Assembly: GCF_000011805.1 (NCBI RefSeq) | Contig: NC_006840.2 | Source: Aliivibrio fischeri ES114 | GTDB taxonomy: Bacteria; Pseudomonadota; Gammaproteobacteria; Enterobacterales; Vibrionaceae | Reading direction: 5' to 3' (one strand) | DNA: 32,000 nt | Shown here: piece after piece, positions 1 to 8,331 of the stretch | Layout: each line of letters starts with the position of its first letter | How positions within the stretch are numbered: the first letter of the stretch is position 1 | Made by a program: the position numbers and the translations under genes | The notes under the pieces: generated by a model | The model's database searches: none | Told to the model about the DNA's origin: nothing | What the model saw: only the letters and a program-made list of their open reading frames with translations

Positions 1-68
1 GAATATTCAGCAGCAGGGCTTTCAAAGCCACTAATACCAGCACTGGCGTGAAGAGGAATTACATTCAT
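1..68 (-). CDS. umuD: UmuD-like SOS mutagenesis protein (S24 LexA-family peptidase); only the first 22 codons are present because the gene runs off the left edge
   Basis: Minus-strand ATG at 68..66 reads MNVIPLHASAGISGFESPAAEY. The GF(E/P)SPAA(E/D)Y block matches the region around the self-cleavage site of UmuD/RumA/MucA (E. coli UmuD has ..QCGFPSPAADY..). A perfect LexA box lies 10 nt upstream. The ORF is too short and truncated to appear in the track. Confidence 0.7.
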   Translation of the reverse strand, partial: MNVIPLHASAGISGFESPAAEY

Positions 69-77
69 AAAATAACA

Positions 78-93
78 CTGTATATAAGTACAG
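78..93 (-). promoter_or_regulatory. LexA (SOS) box CTGT-N8-ACAG overlapping a putative umuD promoter
   Basis: CTGTATATAAGTACAG fits the gammaproteobacterial consensus TACTG(TA)5CAGTA, with both CTGT and ACAG halves perfect. It sits inside a longer dyad at 69..102 whose outer 8-bp arms, AAAATAAC and GTTATTTT, are perfectly complementary. On the minus strand a possible -35 TTCACA (plus 106..111) and -10 TTATAT (plus 82..87) are separated by 18 bp, so the box covers the spacer and -10. Confidence 0.8.
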
Positions 94-160
94 CGTTATT
101 TTGGGTGTGAATGAATAAAATAGCAAGTGATTAGATAAAAAATATCGTTAACTGCTTACT

Positions 161-928
161 TTATAACAAGGCATTTTTCTTCATTAATTCTTTATCTACA
201 CCTTTTAGCTTCATTTCATCCATAATGAAGTTAACCGCATTTAGCAGCTCTTGCTCGCCTTTAGGTACTAAATAACCAAATTGGCTTTTTGTGAATGGGT
301 CGTCGCAGCGAGACGCTTCTAATCGCTTGTCTGTTGCTTGGTAGTAAAGCGCTTCTGGTGTTTCGGTTACCATTACGTCAACTTTTCCTGTCGCAACGGC
401 TTGGGGAACATCAAGGTTATTTTTGTAACGTGTGAATGTTGCACTTTGTAGATGAGTATCAGCAAATATCTCATTAGTACCGCCAATGTTAATACCTAAA
501 CGAGTACTTGATTTATTGACTTTATCAATGGTGTTATAAGTTTCAGCTTTTCCTTTTGCGACAAGGAAGCATTTACCAAAAGTCATGTAGCCTTGGCTTT
601 GTTCAGCATGCAGCTGACGCTGTATTTTACGTGTGATGCCGCCCATTGCGATGTCGTATTTGTCAGCATTAAGATCGGGAATGAGATTTTTCCATGAGGT
701 TTGAACTAACTCTAATTTTACATCTAGCTGTTCTGCTATGTATTTGGCAACATCAATATCATAACCAGAAAATTGCTTACCATCGAAAGAAGAGAAGGGC
801 TTATAGTCACCCGTTGTACCGACTCGAATAATTCCGGCTTCTTGGATTTCATCTAAGCGATCTGCGTGAGCTGTGAAGGAAGCGGCAAATAGCACAGATA
901 TGCATAAAAGTTTCTTTTTCATCATCAA
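161..928 (-). CDS. Periplasmic type-2 solute-binding-fold protein (SBP_bac_3), cyclohexadienyl dehydratase (PheC)-like
   Basis: 255-aa ORF with signal peptide MMMKKKLLCISVLFAASFTAHA. The blocks RVGTTGDYKPFS, TSWKNLIPDL..DKYDIAMGGI and GGTNEIFA align, from memory, with Pseudomonas aeruginosa PheC along most of the length. No ABC permease or ATPase gene is adjacent. The start could be any of three consecutive ATGs (928, 925 or 922). Confidence 0.85.
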   Translation of the reverse strand: MMMKKKLLCISVLFAASFTAHADRLDEIQEAGIIRVGTTGDYKPFSSFDGKQFSGYDIDVAKYIAEQLDVKLELVQTSWKNLIPDLNADKYDIAMGGITRKIQRQLHAEQSQGYMTFGKCFLVAKGKAETYNTIDKVNKSSTRLGINIGGTNEIFADTHLQSATFTRYKNNLDVPQAVATGKVDVMVTETPEALYYQATDKRLEASRCDDPFTKSQFGYLVPKGEQELLNAVNFIMDEMKLKGVDKELMKKNALL

Positions 929-1213
929 ATCTTTTTGTTTATTAATTTAACTAACAAACTTATCACTATTTTGTAAATAAACAGATTAAACCATTCTATA
1001 AATAACGATAAAAAAACATGAGTGAGACATATTTCAAGTGGATGATTGTTGTATGTATTGATTCAATCTATTTGAAGGTCGCAAAATGTAAATAATATGG
1101 ATTAATTGTTATTAAGGGAATGGAGTAAGCCTTTACCACATAAGGGCTGCACTGGTTTTTCTTATTAATCTGAATTACTATTCTCAGCTTTGTTTCAACT
1201 GTGTGATGTATTG

Positions 1214-2095
1214 ATGACAGTTTTATTATTCTTACAGATCGGTCTTGTTATTGGAGGCCTAACGTTCCTTTTTATGCTTGTATCACTATGGCTTAAGAAA
1301 AAGGACTCAGAAAAAGACACTAATATATGGGCAGTTGGTCTAATTGGTGGTTTTGCAAACTTTTGTGACACTCTTGGTGTTGGAAGTTTTGCCATTAAAA
1401 CGGCTGGTTATAAGCAGTTTAATTTAATCGATGACAAAGTATTACCTGGTACCTTGAATGCTCAAGCAACCATGGCAACGGTTTTTCAAGCATTGATTTT
1501 TCTTACCGCTGTTAATGTGGATTTAACGACGCTACTTAGCCTAATTATTGCAGCGTGTGTTGGCGCAACAGTTGGTGCTCGATTAGTATCAAATTTTGAT
1601 CGCCAATTGATTCGTTTGATTATGGCTGGCGCTTTGCTGGTTGTTGCATTACTGATGTTTGCAGGACGTTTAGATTTATTCCCACTAGGTGGTGAAGAGT
1701 TAGGATTAAGTGGTGAAAAATTGGTTATCGGTATTATTGGTAACTTTATTTTTGGTGCATTAATGACGGTAGGGATTGGTTTATACGCACCGTGTATGAC
1801 GATGATTTACTTGTTAGGTATGAACCCGTTAGCGGCATTTCCTATTATGATGTGTTCATGCGCATTTTTATGTTTCTTTTCTGCTGGCGGTTTTATCAAG
1901 CAGAAAGCCGTGAACTCAAGAGCATCTTTGGTGGTGGCGATTACCGGACCTATTGGCGTGCTAATTGCGGCGTTCATTGTTAAATCTCTTGATGTCGATA
2001 TGCTTGCTTGGTTAGTGGCGTTTGTGGTTCTTTATACTGCAGTTATGATGTTACGTTCATGGCAGCAAGGCCGAGTGACAAATAAAGCGCTATAA
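1214..2095 (+). CDS. Polytopic membrane protein, probable TSUP (TauE/SafE, DUF81) family permease
   Basis: Hydrophobic multi-TM ORF with an internal two-fold repeat (..DTLGVGSFA.. and ..MTVGIGLYAP..) and Gly-rich helices typical of TSUP permeases. I prefer the ATG at 1214 to the TTG at 1190 used by the track. No strong SD is visible. Confidence 0.6.
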   Translation: MTVLLFLQIGLVIGGLTFLFMLVSLWLKKKDSEKDTNIWAVGLIGGFANFCDTLGVGSFAIKTAGYKQFNLIDDKVLPGTLNAQATMATVFQALIFLTAVNVDLTTLLSLIIAACVGATVGARLVSNFDRQLIRLIMAGALLVVALLMFAGRLDLFPLGGEELGLSGEKLVIGIIGNFIFGALMTVGIGLYAPCMTMIYLLGMNPLAAFPIMMCSCAFLCFFSAGGFIKQKAVNSRASLVVAITGPIGVLIAAFIVKSLDVDMLAWLVAFVVLYTAVMMLRSWQQGRVTNKAL

Positions 2096-2180
2096 AATGC
2101 GAGTTTCTGTCACATAGTTATTGGAGATATAAAAAGTTCGTGGTATTTTCCACCTACCAATTATTTATGGATTTTTTATC

Positions 2181-2747
2181 ATGCCAAAGGCAAGTGACAT
2201 CAAAAAAGGTTCAGCAATTGAACACAACGGTAAAGTATTTTTCGTTAAAGAAATCAGCAAGCTAACTCCAAGTGGCCGTGCAGGTGCAACATTATTCCGT
2301 ATGCGTATGTACGATGTTGCAACAGGTGCTAAATCGGATGAAAGCTTCAAAGCTGATGACATGATCAATTTAGCTGACTTTAGTCGTCGCAGCGCAACGT
2401 TCTCTTATGTTGATGGTAATGAGTATGTATTCATGGATTCTGAAGACTACACTCCATACAACTTCAACAAAGAAGCGATTGAAGAAGAACTACTTTTCAT
2501 CACTGAAGAGACTCAAGGTCTTCAAATTCTTATCGTTGATGGCGCACCAGTAGCAATCGAATTACCGTCTGCTGTTGATCTAGAAATCGTAGAAACGGCT
2601 CCTTCAATTAAAGGTGCTTCTGCAAGTGCTCGTACAAAACCTGCAACTATGACTACAGGTTTAACTGTACAAGTTCCTGAGTACATCGCAAACGGTGAGA
2701 AAGTGAAAATCAACACGACTGAACACAAGTTCATGAGCCGTGCTTAA
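2181..2747 (+). CDS. efpL: Elongation factor P-like protein EfpL (YeiP)
   Basis: 188 aa, collinear with E. coli YeiP: [10 protein letters not shown].., [59 protein letters not shown]. The loop tip is SGRAG (Arg, as in YeiP, where EF-P has Lys). Confidence 0.93.
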   Translation: MPKASDIKKGSAIEHNGKVFFVKEISKLTPSGRAGATLFRMRMYDVATGAKSDESFKADDMINLADFSRRSATFSYVDGNEYVFMDSEDYTPYNFNKEAIEEELLFITEETQGLQILIVDGAPVAIELPSAVDLEIVETAPSIKGASASARTKPATMTTGLTVQVPEYIANGEKVKINTTEHKFMSRA

Positions 2748-2786
2748 TCGCTTTTAGATAGTATTTTTTAATACTGTTAAAAACAT

Positions 2787-2826
2787 AAAGAAAAGGCCAG
2801 CTATTCGTTAATAGCTGGCCTTTTTT
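2787..2826. terminator. Bidirectional Rho-independent terminator shared by the convergent efpL and ThrE-family genes
   Basis: Perfect 11-bp stem GGCCAGCTATT (2795..2805) / AATAGCTGGCC (2810..2820) with loop CGTT. It is flanked by an A-run (2787..2794) and a T-run (2821..2826). Confidence 0.9.
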
Positions 2827-2845
2827 ATGTCTTGTATTTTGAGTA

Positions 2846-4024
2846 TCACAAGTCTCGTTCAATTTTTGGAGAGTAAATCGAGTAAGCGGTAATTTGTCCT
2901 GCAACAATGGCAGAAAACATGAAGAGCGCCGATAAACCAATGCTTGGGATAGGGAGTATCGATTGCTCAAATACACTTTGACTTGCACTTACTAAGATAC
3001 GACTGCCTGGAACAAGAATGATGATCCCTTGTACGATAAAAATGATCCCCGTTAGATTTAAACGTCGAGCAATCCATGTTCCATAAAGGGTGATTAATAC
3101 TGTCGTTACCCATGTACCCACAACCCAGCCACCATCAAAACCAAGATAAAATGGACCCCACATGCCTAATACAGCAACCGGTAAACTATATAGTGTATCG
3201 ATTGGGCGAGCTTTAAACATCACACCTAATGAGAATGAAATAATAGGTAAGCCTAGTATTTGTAACCACAGTGGAAATTCATTTTGATACTCAATGGATT
3301 CAGTCGTACCAAAAATGGCTTCGCCAATGTGTAAGCCGATAATGATCCCAATAAGAAGTTTTATTAAAGTGAGAAAGCACTGGCCAAGTAAACTGGTACC
3401 AGAGACGAGATCGTTAAAGGCTAAACATTCTAATGCGTTTGAAATAGAAAGTCCGGGAACAAAAAGAACAACAGCAGCAATACAAAGTCCGAGAATAGGT
3501 ATGGGAACACCAAGACTTGCAATAAATGCTACGGTAAAGGCAACAATTAAGGCTCCAAAAAATTCAACAGCAATAGTGCGACGCTTGCTACAAAAAACTT
3601 GAGATAACCAAACTAAAAAACCAAGCAGAAAACTGACGAATAACGCTTCGAATGTTGATCCAACAAGCATAAGAAAGGCAGGGGGAATACAGGTATTTGC
3701 TAAACAAACGGCCCATGACGGATAAGATATTCCTTCTGCAGGAGCTTGTGGAATGGGAGTTAATGGCTGTTGTAATTGAATAATCGTATTAGCAAGTAAC
3801 CCAAGATCTATACTTGCAGGTTTATGACGTTTCATGATGACGGCGTTGTTGTCATCTGGAAACTGATAGTTAATGGAAGTTGGTGTTGCTTGGATCATAC
3901 AATTAACGCCATATTTGTTGGCGTAAAAGGTTGTGTAGCGTTCTACTTTATAGGGAGCACAGCCGCAACGGTGCAGTGTATCTCCAATCTCTACAATTCG
4001 ATTGATACGATATTGTGAAGGCAT
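2846..4024 (-). CDS. Threonine/serine exporter (ThrE) family membrane protein, fused YjjP/YjjB-like (DUF1212 + DUF3815)
   Basis: 392 aa. The N-terminal block IGDTLHRCGCAPYKVERYTTFYANKYGVNCMIQATPTSI resembles the ThrE/DUF1212 signature (..sGa...rvE......G.......tpt.i). About 10 hydrophobic helices follow. Confidence 0.6.
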   Translation of the reverse strand: MPSQYRINRIVEIGDTLHRCGCAPYKVERYTTFYANKYGVNCMIQATPTSINYQFPDDNNAVIMKRHKPASIDLGLLANTIIQLQQPLTPIPQAPAEGISYPSWAVCLANTCIPPAFLMLVGSTFEALFVSFLLGFLVWLSQVFCSKRRTIAVEFFGALIVAFTVAFIASLGVPIPILGLCIAAVVLFVPGLSISNALECLAFNDLVSGTSLLGQCFLTLIKLLIGIIIGLHIGEAIFGTTESIEYQNEFPLWLQILGLPIISFSLGVMFKARPIDTLYSLPVAVLGMWGPFYLGFDGGWVVGTWVTTVLITLYGTWIARRLNLTGIIFIVQGIIILVPGSRILVSASQSVFEQSILPIPSIGLSALFMFSAIVAGQITAYSIYSPKIERDL

Positions 4025-4054
4025 ATCCTTATTCCTACAGCTTGATGTATGGTA

Positions 4055-4089
4055 CCAATCTAAGTGTATTTACGATTTACTTAGATTGG
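4055..4089. repeat. Perfect 11-bp inverted repeat (hairpin) in the rsmF / ThrE-family intergenic region
   Basis: CCAATCTAAGT (4055..4065) and ACTTAGATTGG (4079..4089) flank a 13-nt loop. Neither strand has a U-tract after it, so it is not a canonical terminator. It lies 23 nt downstream of the rsmF stop on the minus strand. Confidence 0.6.
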
Positions 4090-4111
4090 CACTAATTTAA
4101 AAACGTATTAT

Positions 4112-5533
4112 TTAAAACAAGTTTCCATCACGAACAAGTTCACGAGGTAATCCATTTTTGATTCGGTTACCCACCCATTTTCCTAAGCCAATAACTGCGC
4201 CTTTATAAGTAACAATCGTTTCGCCTTTTCCTGAAAAGTCCGGACGTACATCTCGTCCCATATACCATTCACGTGCTTGTTCTGTATTTAGTTCAGCACA
4301 AGTCGGGTTATCGGCTGTCGCGAGTGCCATGATAGCTTCATGTTGCCAGCGATATCCTTTTTTATGGGTTTCAGCAAGTTTAAATCCAATTCGATGGTAG
4401 CGCATTTCACCAATCAATGGCTTCATGCGTTTAGGGAAAGCCCAGACTTCTTTATCTCGGATCCAAAATTCATTATCTTCAGGGATTGCTAATTGTAATG
4501 TTGATTTTAATTCTGCTTCAATAGCTTGTGCTTCTTTATTTGAAGCCGGTGCGAAAGGGAATTTGCCTAAGCGTTTTTTCACCTCTGGAGGCGTGGTTGA
4601 GCTATTTTTTCGGATCTTAGCAACAAAGAAACCTTCACTATCAAAAATCTGAGGGTAGATATGTAAGAAGCCTTCTTTGGTTAACGCTTTTTCTGCACTC
4701 TCAAATAAGTCACCTAGCGGCTCAAACGTGACGGCGTCACCAAATTGTTCAACAAGATGATGGCAAATGTTTTGGTTTTCTTCGTGGTTTAATGTACAGG
4801 TTGAGTACACCATTACGCCGCCCAGTTTTAGGGCATGAAACGCACTTTCAATTAAATCACGTTGAGTGTCACCAATTTCGATAACTGATTCAGGGCTCCA
4901 GTTATGCATTGCATCTGGGTCTTTACGAATGGTACCTTCGCCAGAACAAGGTGCATCCAATAAGATTGAGTCAAAAGTTTCTGGCAACCAACCACCAAAA
5001 ACACGACCATCAAAGTGGGTTAGAGCAACATTGCTTACACCACAGCGTTGTATATTTGAGCAAAGCACTTTTACACGGCTTGATGAAAATTCGTTAGCAA
5101 CGAGAGCGCCTTGGTTTTTCATTCCTGCAGCTAGTTGTGTGGTTTTAGAACCGGGAGCTGAAGCCATATCGAGAGCCATTTCGATATCATCATTATCTTT
5201 TAATAATGCGGTAACTGGCATCATAGAGCTTGCTTCTTGAATGTAGAATAGGCCAGCCATATGTTCTGCGGTGCTACCTAGTTTTACTGTGTCGCTCTCA
5301 GGACGCGTGATCCAAAAACCAGTATCGCACCAAGGCACAGGTTCTAAATCCCATTGTTTTTCAGCGGCACGTTGTTTAAATTCTTCAACACTGTTTTTTA
5401 GTATATTCACACGAATACTACGACGTAAAGGTCGTTTACAAGCGGCAATAAACTCATCCATTGATAAGTAGGAAGGCATGGTCTCTTGTACTTGTGCCAA
5501 GAAAGCGTCAGGAAGAAAAATATTATCGTGCAC
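4112..5533 (-). CDS. rsmF: 16S rRNA (cytosine1407-C5)-methyltransferase RsmF (YebU)
   Basis: 473 aa, collinear with E. coli RsmF: FLPDAFL.Q..E.MPS.LS.D.F.AAC.RPLRRSIRVN.LK, LDAPCSGEG..RKDPDA..NWSPES, YSTCTLN.EEN, GYRWQHEA, PRELVRDG.LF. GTG start at 5533. Confidence 0.93.
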   Translation of the reverse strand: MHDNIFLPDAFLAQVQETMPSYLSMDEFIAACKRPLRRSIRVNILKNSVEEFKQRAAEKQWDLEPVPWCDTGFWITRPESDTVKLGSTAEHMAGLFYIQEASSMMPVTALLKDNDDIEMALDMASAPGSKTTQLAAGMKNQGALVANEFSSSRVKVLCSNIQRCGVSNVALTHFDGRVFGGWLPETFDSILLDAPCSGEGTIRKDPDAMHNWSPESVIEIGDTQRDLIESAFHALKLGGVMVYSTCTLNHEENQNICHHLVEQFGDAVTFEPLGDLFESAEKALTKEGFLHIYPQIFDSEGFFVAKIRKNSSTTPPEVKKRLGKFPFAPASNKEAQAIEAELKSTLQLAIPEDNEFWIRDKEVWAFPKRMKPLIGEMRYHRIGFKLAETHKKGYRWQHEAIMALATADNPTCAELNTEQAREWYMGRDVRPDFSGKGETIVTYKGAVIGLGKWVGNRIKNGLPRELVRDGNLF

Positions 5534-5633
5534 AGATGAATCTCATTGGAAGATGTAATGGCAGGAAGTGTAAACGCTATTGTGAGTATTGTCTAAATGG
5601 AATTAAGGATAATAGATGAAATAGTGTGTTGAT

Positions 5634-5672
5634 GAATAAGAAAAAGGCAGTTGAATGAACATCAACAGCCTT
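5634..5672 (-). terminator. Rho-independent terminator after letB
   Basis: The arm AAGGCAGTTGA (5644..5654) pairs with TCAACAGCCTT (5662..5672) at 10 of 11 positions, with a 7-nt loop. On the minus strand it is followed by TTTCTTATTC. It begins 22 nt after the letB stop. Confidence 0.6.
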
Positions 5673-5694
5673 ATTTAGTTAACTCTTTGAGTGC

Positions 5695-8331
5695 TTATTT
5701 ATTTGGATTTGGAATAGCAGCATTCCACAATGCCCAATCTTCTTCTGCGGTTTTATGCAGTAGGTAAGATTTATGTGCTTTTGCCTGTGGTTTTAGCGTT
5801 TCATCATCTGGTGTAGAGAAAGCAATACCACCACGCAGGATACTATCTACCGTACCGGCTTGAACTTTTGCACCGCTTAAACCAATAGACATATTTACAC
5901 CTGATACATTCCAGAAAACACTGTTTTCTCGAACAAGGTAGGCAAATTCAGAGTGAATACCAATCGTGATAATAATGCGATCTGATAAATCACCAAGTCT
6001 TACATCAGTCACTTCACCAACTTCGATTTCTCTAAATAGGATAGGTGTCCCAACTTTGACTGAACCACGAGAAAGCGCTTCTAATGTATATGAAATGAGT
6101 TGATCACCTTGTGGTTGATCCGATAACGTAAATTGAGTTTTCGTCTTTCCTGAACCTGGAGTTACTTGAATGTAACTGCCAAGTAGGGTATCTAGATTCT
6201 CTGCACCAGCTAAGCTAATGCTTGGTTCTACAACCCAGAAGTGGCTACCTGCAACTGCAATTTGGTCAACATATTCAGGGTAAATACGAGCTTGTACATA
6301 AACGTTATCGCTAGAGAAGTTTGGTGTAATTTTACTTACTTCACCAACAGAAACACCTTTGTATTTAATCTGTGTTCCTTTGTCTATCGCATTGCTGTCT
6401 TTGGCTGTAAACGCGATAATTTTACCAAATTCTTGGGCTTCAGATAGGTTAGAGTAAAGTTTCCATTTTTTACCCAGTTTATTTTCAACACCTTGAATAT
6501 TATCAAAACCAATACCACCACGGATCATCGACATTAATGGTGCCGCTTGAATGTTAACACCGCTTAAACTCGCTTCTACATTAACCCCTGAATAGTTCCA
6601 GAAAACCGTATCAGCTTGAATTAAATGCGCGTACTGCTTTTCAATATTTATTTTAATGTTAACGCCATCATTACCTAAGTTGAAATCCGTTACTTTACCC
6701 ACAACAAGGTTACGATAAAGAATTGGGCTGTTTTTGGTGATTGGCGGTAACTCTGTACTAAATAGCGTGAGTTCTGTGCTTTTTTCTGTTTTAAATTGTG
6801 CCAGCTCAGCAAGAGAGCTGTTTTTAAATAGGGTATAGCTTTTTTGTTTATAGCCTTTACCTTCACTTGTAAAGCTAATCGAACCAGAAATTAAGGCTTG
6901 TGTTGGAGGCACATCAATATTTAAACCAGAGTCAGTTAACTCAGCAGAGACACTACCTGAAACAAAGAATTTGTTGTTTGATTTGATAAGGTGTTTGTAT
7001 TTCTCAAATACCATTGCATCAAATTTAACTCTGTCATTAACTAGCGCGACATGGGTAATCGAGCCGACCTTAATTCCTTTATACAAGATAGTAGTATCAG
7101 GGGTTAAACCAAAAGAACGATCTGCATACAGAGAGAAAGTAAGCGCTTTTGCATCTTGCTTAATCAGTTCTGGTTTACGAATTGCAGTAAATTCACGAGA
7201 GCGTTCACCTGTACCTGGAACCAGTGTTAGGAAGTTACCTCGAACAAGGTTACCAATGTTTTCAACACCAGATAAACCTAACTTTGCTTCTTCTAATACA
7301 AAACGAGAACCATCGTTTAAATAATCCGTAAAAGCAGGCTCAACAGTGGCAGAGGCAATAATGTCTTTTTTATCATCAGATAATTTTAAACTGTTTATTT
7401 GACCAATCTCTAAACCACGATACATGATGGCAGAGCCATTTGGACTGATTTGGTTATTATCTGGCAGAGTGATTTTAATCGGAATGCCGCGTCCTGCAGT
7501 TTTGATATTAGAGTAAAGTTGAAATTCCTTCCCGTTATCAATGGCTTTACCATCATCAGGAGAATCAACAGCAATAGCACCACCAATAAGGGCTGATAAA
7601 CTTTCAAATTGAACGTCTACACCATTAAAACCAATATTTGCACCGATACCACTCGCATTCCAAAAACGGCTTTTAGATGTGATTAAATGTGCATATTGTT
7701 CTTCAATTAACGCTTTAATACGAACGTTGTCTGTTTTGTGGTCAAGTTTGAAATTGTAGACTTCACCAATAGGAATTTTTTTATAGTAAATTTTTGAGCC
7801 AACAGAAATAGACCCTAAATCTTTAGAGCGTAATGTCACACTCAAGCCAGTGGTGTTTGGTTGAATAGCAGGAGAGTTAGCTAAAGCGGTAAATTTTGTT
7901 TTTGCCGCACCAGAACCCGGTAAAATAGCGATGTAGTTACCAGAAACCAGAGCATCTAATCCTGATATACCTGTAAGAGATGCTTGAGGTTTTACTAACC
8001 AAAATTGAGTATTTTCCTTTAATAGGTCACTGGCTTCAGGGTAGATATCCGCATCAACATAAATATTAGAAAGGTCCTTTGAAAGGGTGATGTTTTTAAC
8101 CATACCAACTTCAAGACCTTGATAACGAATTGTCGTACGTCCAGCCATTAAGCCTTGAGCGTCTTCAAAATAGATTTGAATACGCTGTCCAGCTTCCATC
8201 AGAGAAGAATAAACAAGCCAACCACCAAGACATAAAGCGAGTAAAGGTAGGATCCAAAGGGGTGAAATGCCACGCTCTTCTTTGATGTTGACTTGCTCAA
8301 TCGATGAATCAAGATTTTTTGGTTGGTTCAT
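5695..8331 (-). CDS. letB: Seven-MCE-domain lipophilic envelope-spanning tunnel protein LetB (YebT)
   Basis: 878 aa with an N-terminal TM helix (ISPLWILPLLALCLGGWLVYSSL). Seven tandem MCE-type repeats each carry a (I/L)x(Y/F)(R/K)G(L/I/V)xVGx(V/I) core: TIRYQGLEVGMV, KIYYKKIPIGEV, AIMYRGLEIGQI, TILYKGIKVGSI, PILYRNLVVGKV, QIKYKGVSVGEV, PILFREIEVGEV. Size and repeat count match E. coli LetB; PqiB has three MCE domains. rsmF is adjacent, as in E. coli. Confidence 0.85.
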   Translation of the reverse strand: MNQPKNLDSSIEQVNIKEERGISPLWILPLLALCLGGWLVYSSLMEAGQRIQIYFEDAQGLMAGRTTIRYQGLEVGMVKNITLSKDLSNIYVDADIYPEASDLLKENTQFWLVKPQASLTGISGLDALVSGNYIAILPGSGAAKTKFTALANSPAIQPNTTGLSVTLRSKDLGSISVGSKIYYKKIPIGEVYNFKLDHKTDNVRIKALIEEQYAHLITSKSRFWNASGIGANIGFNGVDVQFESLSALIGGAIAVDSPDDGKAIDNGKEFQLYSNIKTAGRGIPIKITLPDNNQISPNGSAIMYRGLEIGQINSLKLSDDKKDIIASATVEPAFTDYLNDGSRFVLEEAKLGLSGVENIGNLVRGNFLTLVPGTGERSREFTAIRKPELIKQDAKALTFSLYADRSFGLTPDTTILYKGIKVGSITHVALVNDRVKFDAMVFEKYKHLIKSNNKFFVSGSVSAELTDSGLNIDVPPTQALISGSISFTSEGKGYKQKSYTLFKNSSLAELAQFKTEKSTELTLFSTELPPITKNSPILYRNLVVGKVTDFNLGNDGVNIKINIEKQYAHLIQADTVFWNYSGVNVEASLSGVNIQAAPLMSMIRGGIGFDNIQGVENKLGKKWKLYSNLSEAQEFGKIIAFTAKDSNAIDKGTQIKYKGVSVGEVSKITPNFSSDNVYVQARIYPEYVDQIAVAGSHFWVVEPSISLAGAENLDTLLGSYIQVTPGSGKTKTQFTLSDQPQGDQLISYTLEALSRGSVKVGTPILFREIEVGEVTDVRLGDLSDRIIITIGIHSEFAYLVRENSVFWNVSGVNMSIGLSGAKVQAGTVDSILRGGIAFSTPDDETLKPQAKAHKSYLLHKTAEEDWALWNAAIPNPNK

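Noticed and set aside
1017-1094. 25-codon ORF MSETYFKWMIVVCIDSIYLKVAKCK in the divergent intergenic region, and the hairpin-like AGCCTTT..AAGGGCT at 1128..1150
   Set aside because: The ORF has no SD. The hairpin has a bulge, and its T-run is 7 nt away from the stem. Neither is convincing as a gene, riboswitch or terminator.
1190-1213. TTG start for the TSUP permease
   Set aside because: An in-frame ATG at 1214 directly precedes the first TM helix, and nothing supports the TTG. The start remains uncertain.
2731-2988. 85-aa minus-strand ORF spanning the efpL terminator
   Set aside because: It overlaps the 3' end of the ThrE-family gene in another frame and runs through the bidirectional terminator hairpin, so it is a shadow ORF.
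3294-7324. Antisense or out-of-frame ORFs nested in the ThrE-family gene, rsmF and letB (3294..3602, 3824..4018, 4425..4652, 4866..5240, 4909..5097, 5271..5471, 6241..6447, 6971..7324)
   Set aside because: All lie entirely inside longer, homology-supported genes. They have low-complexity or odd composition and no SD, as is typical of shadow ORFs.
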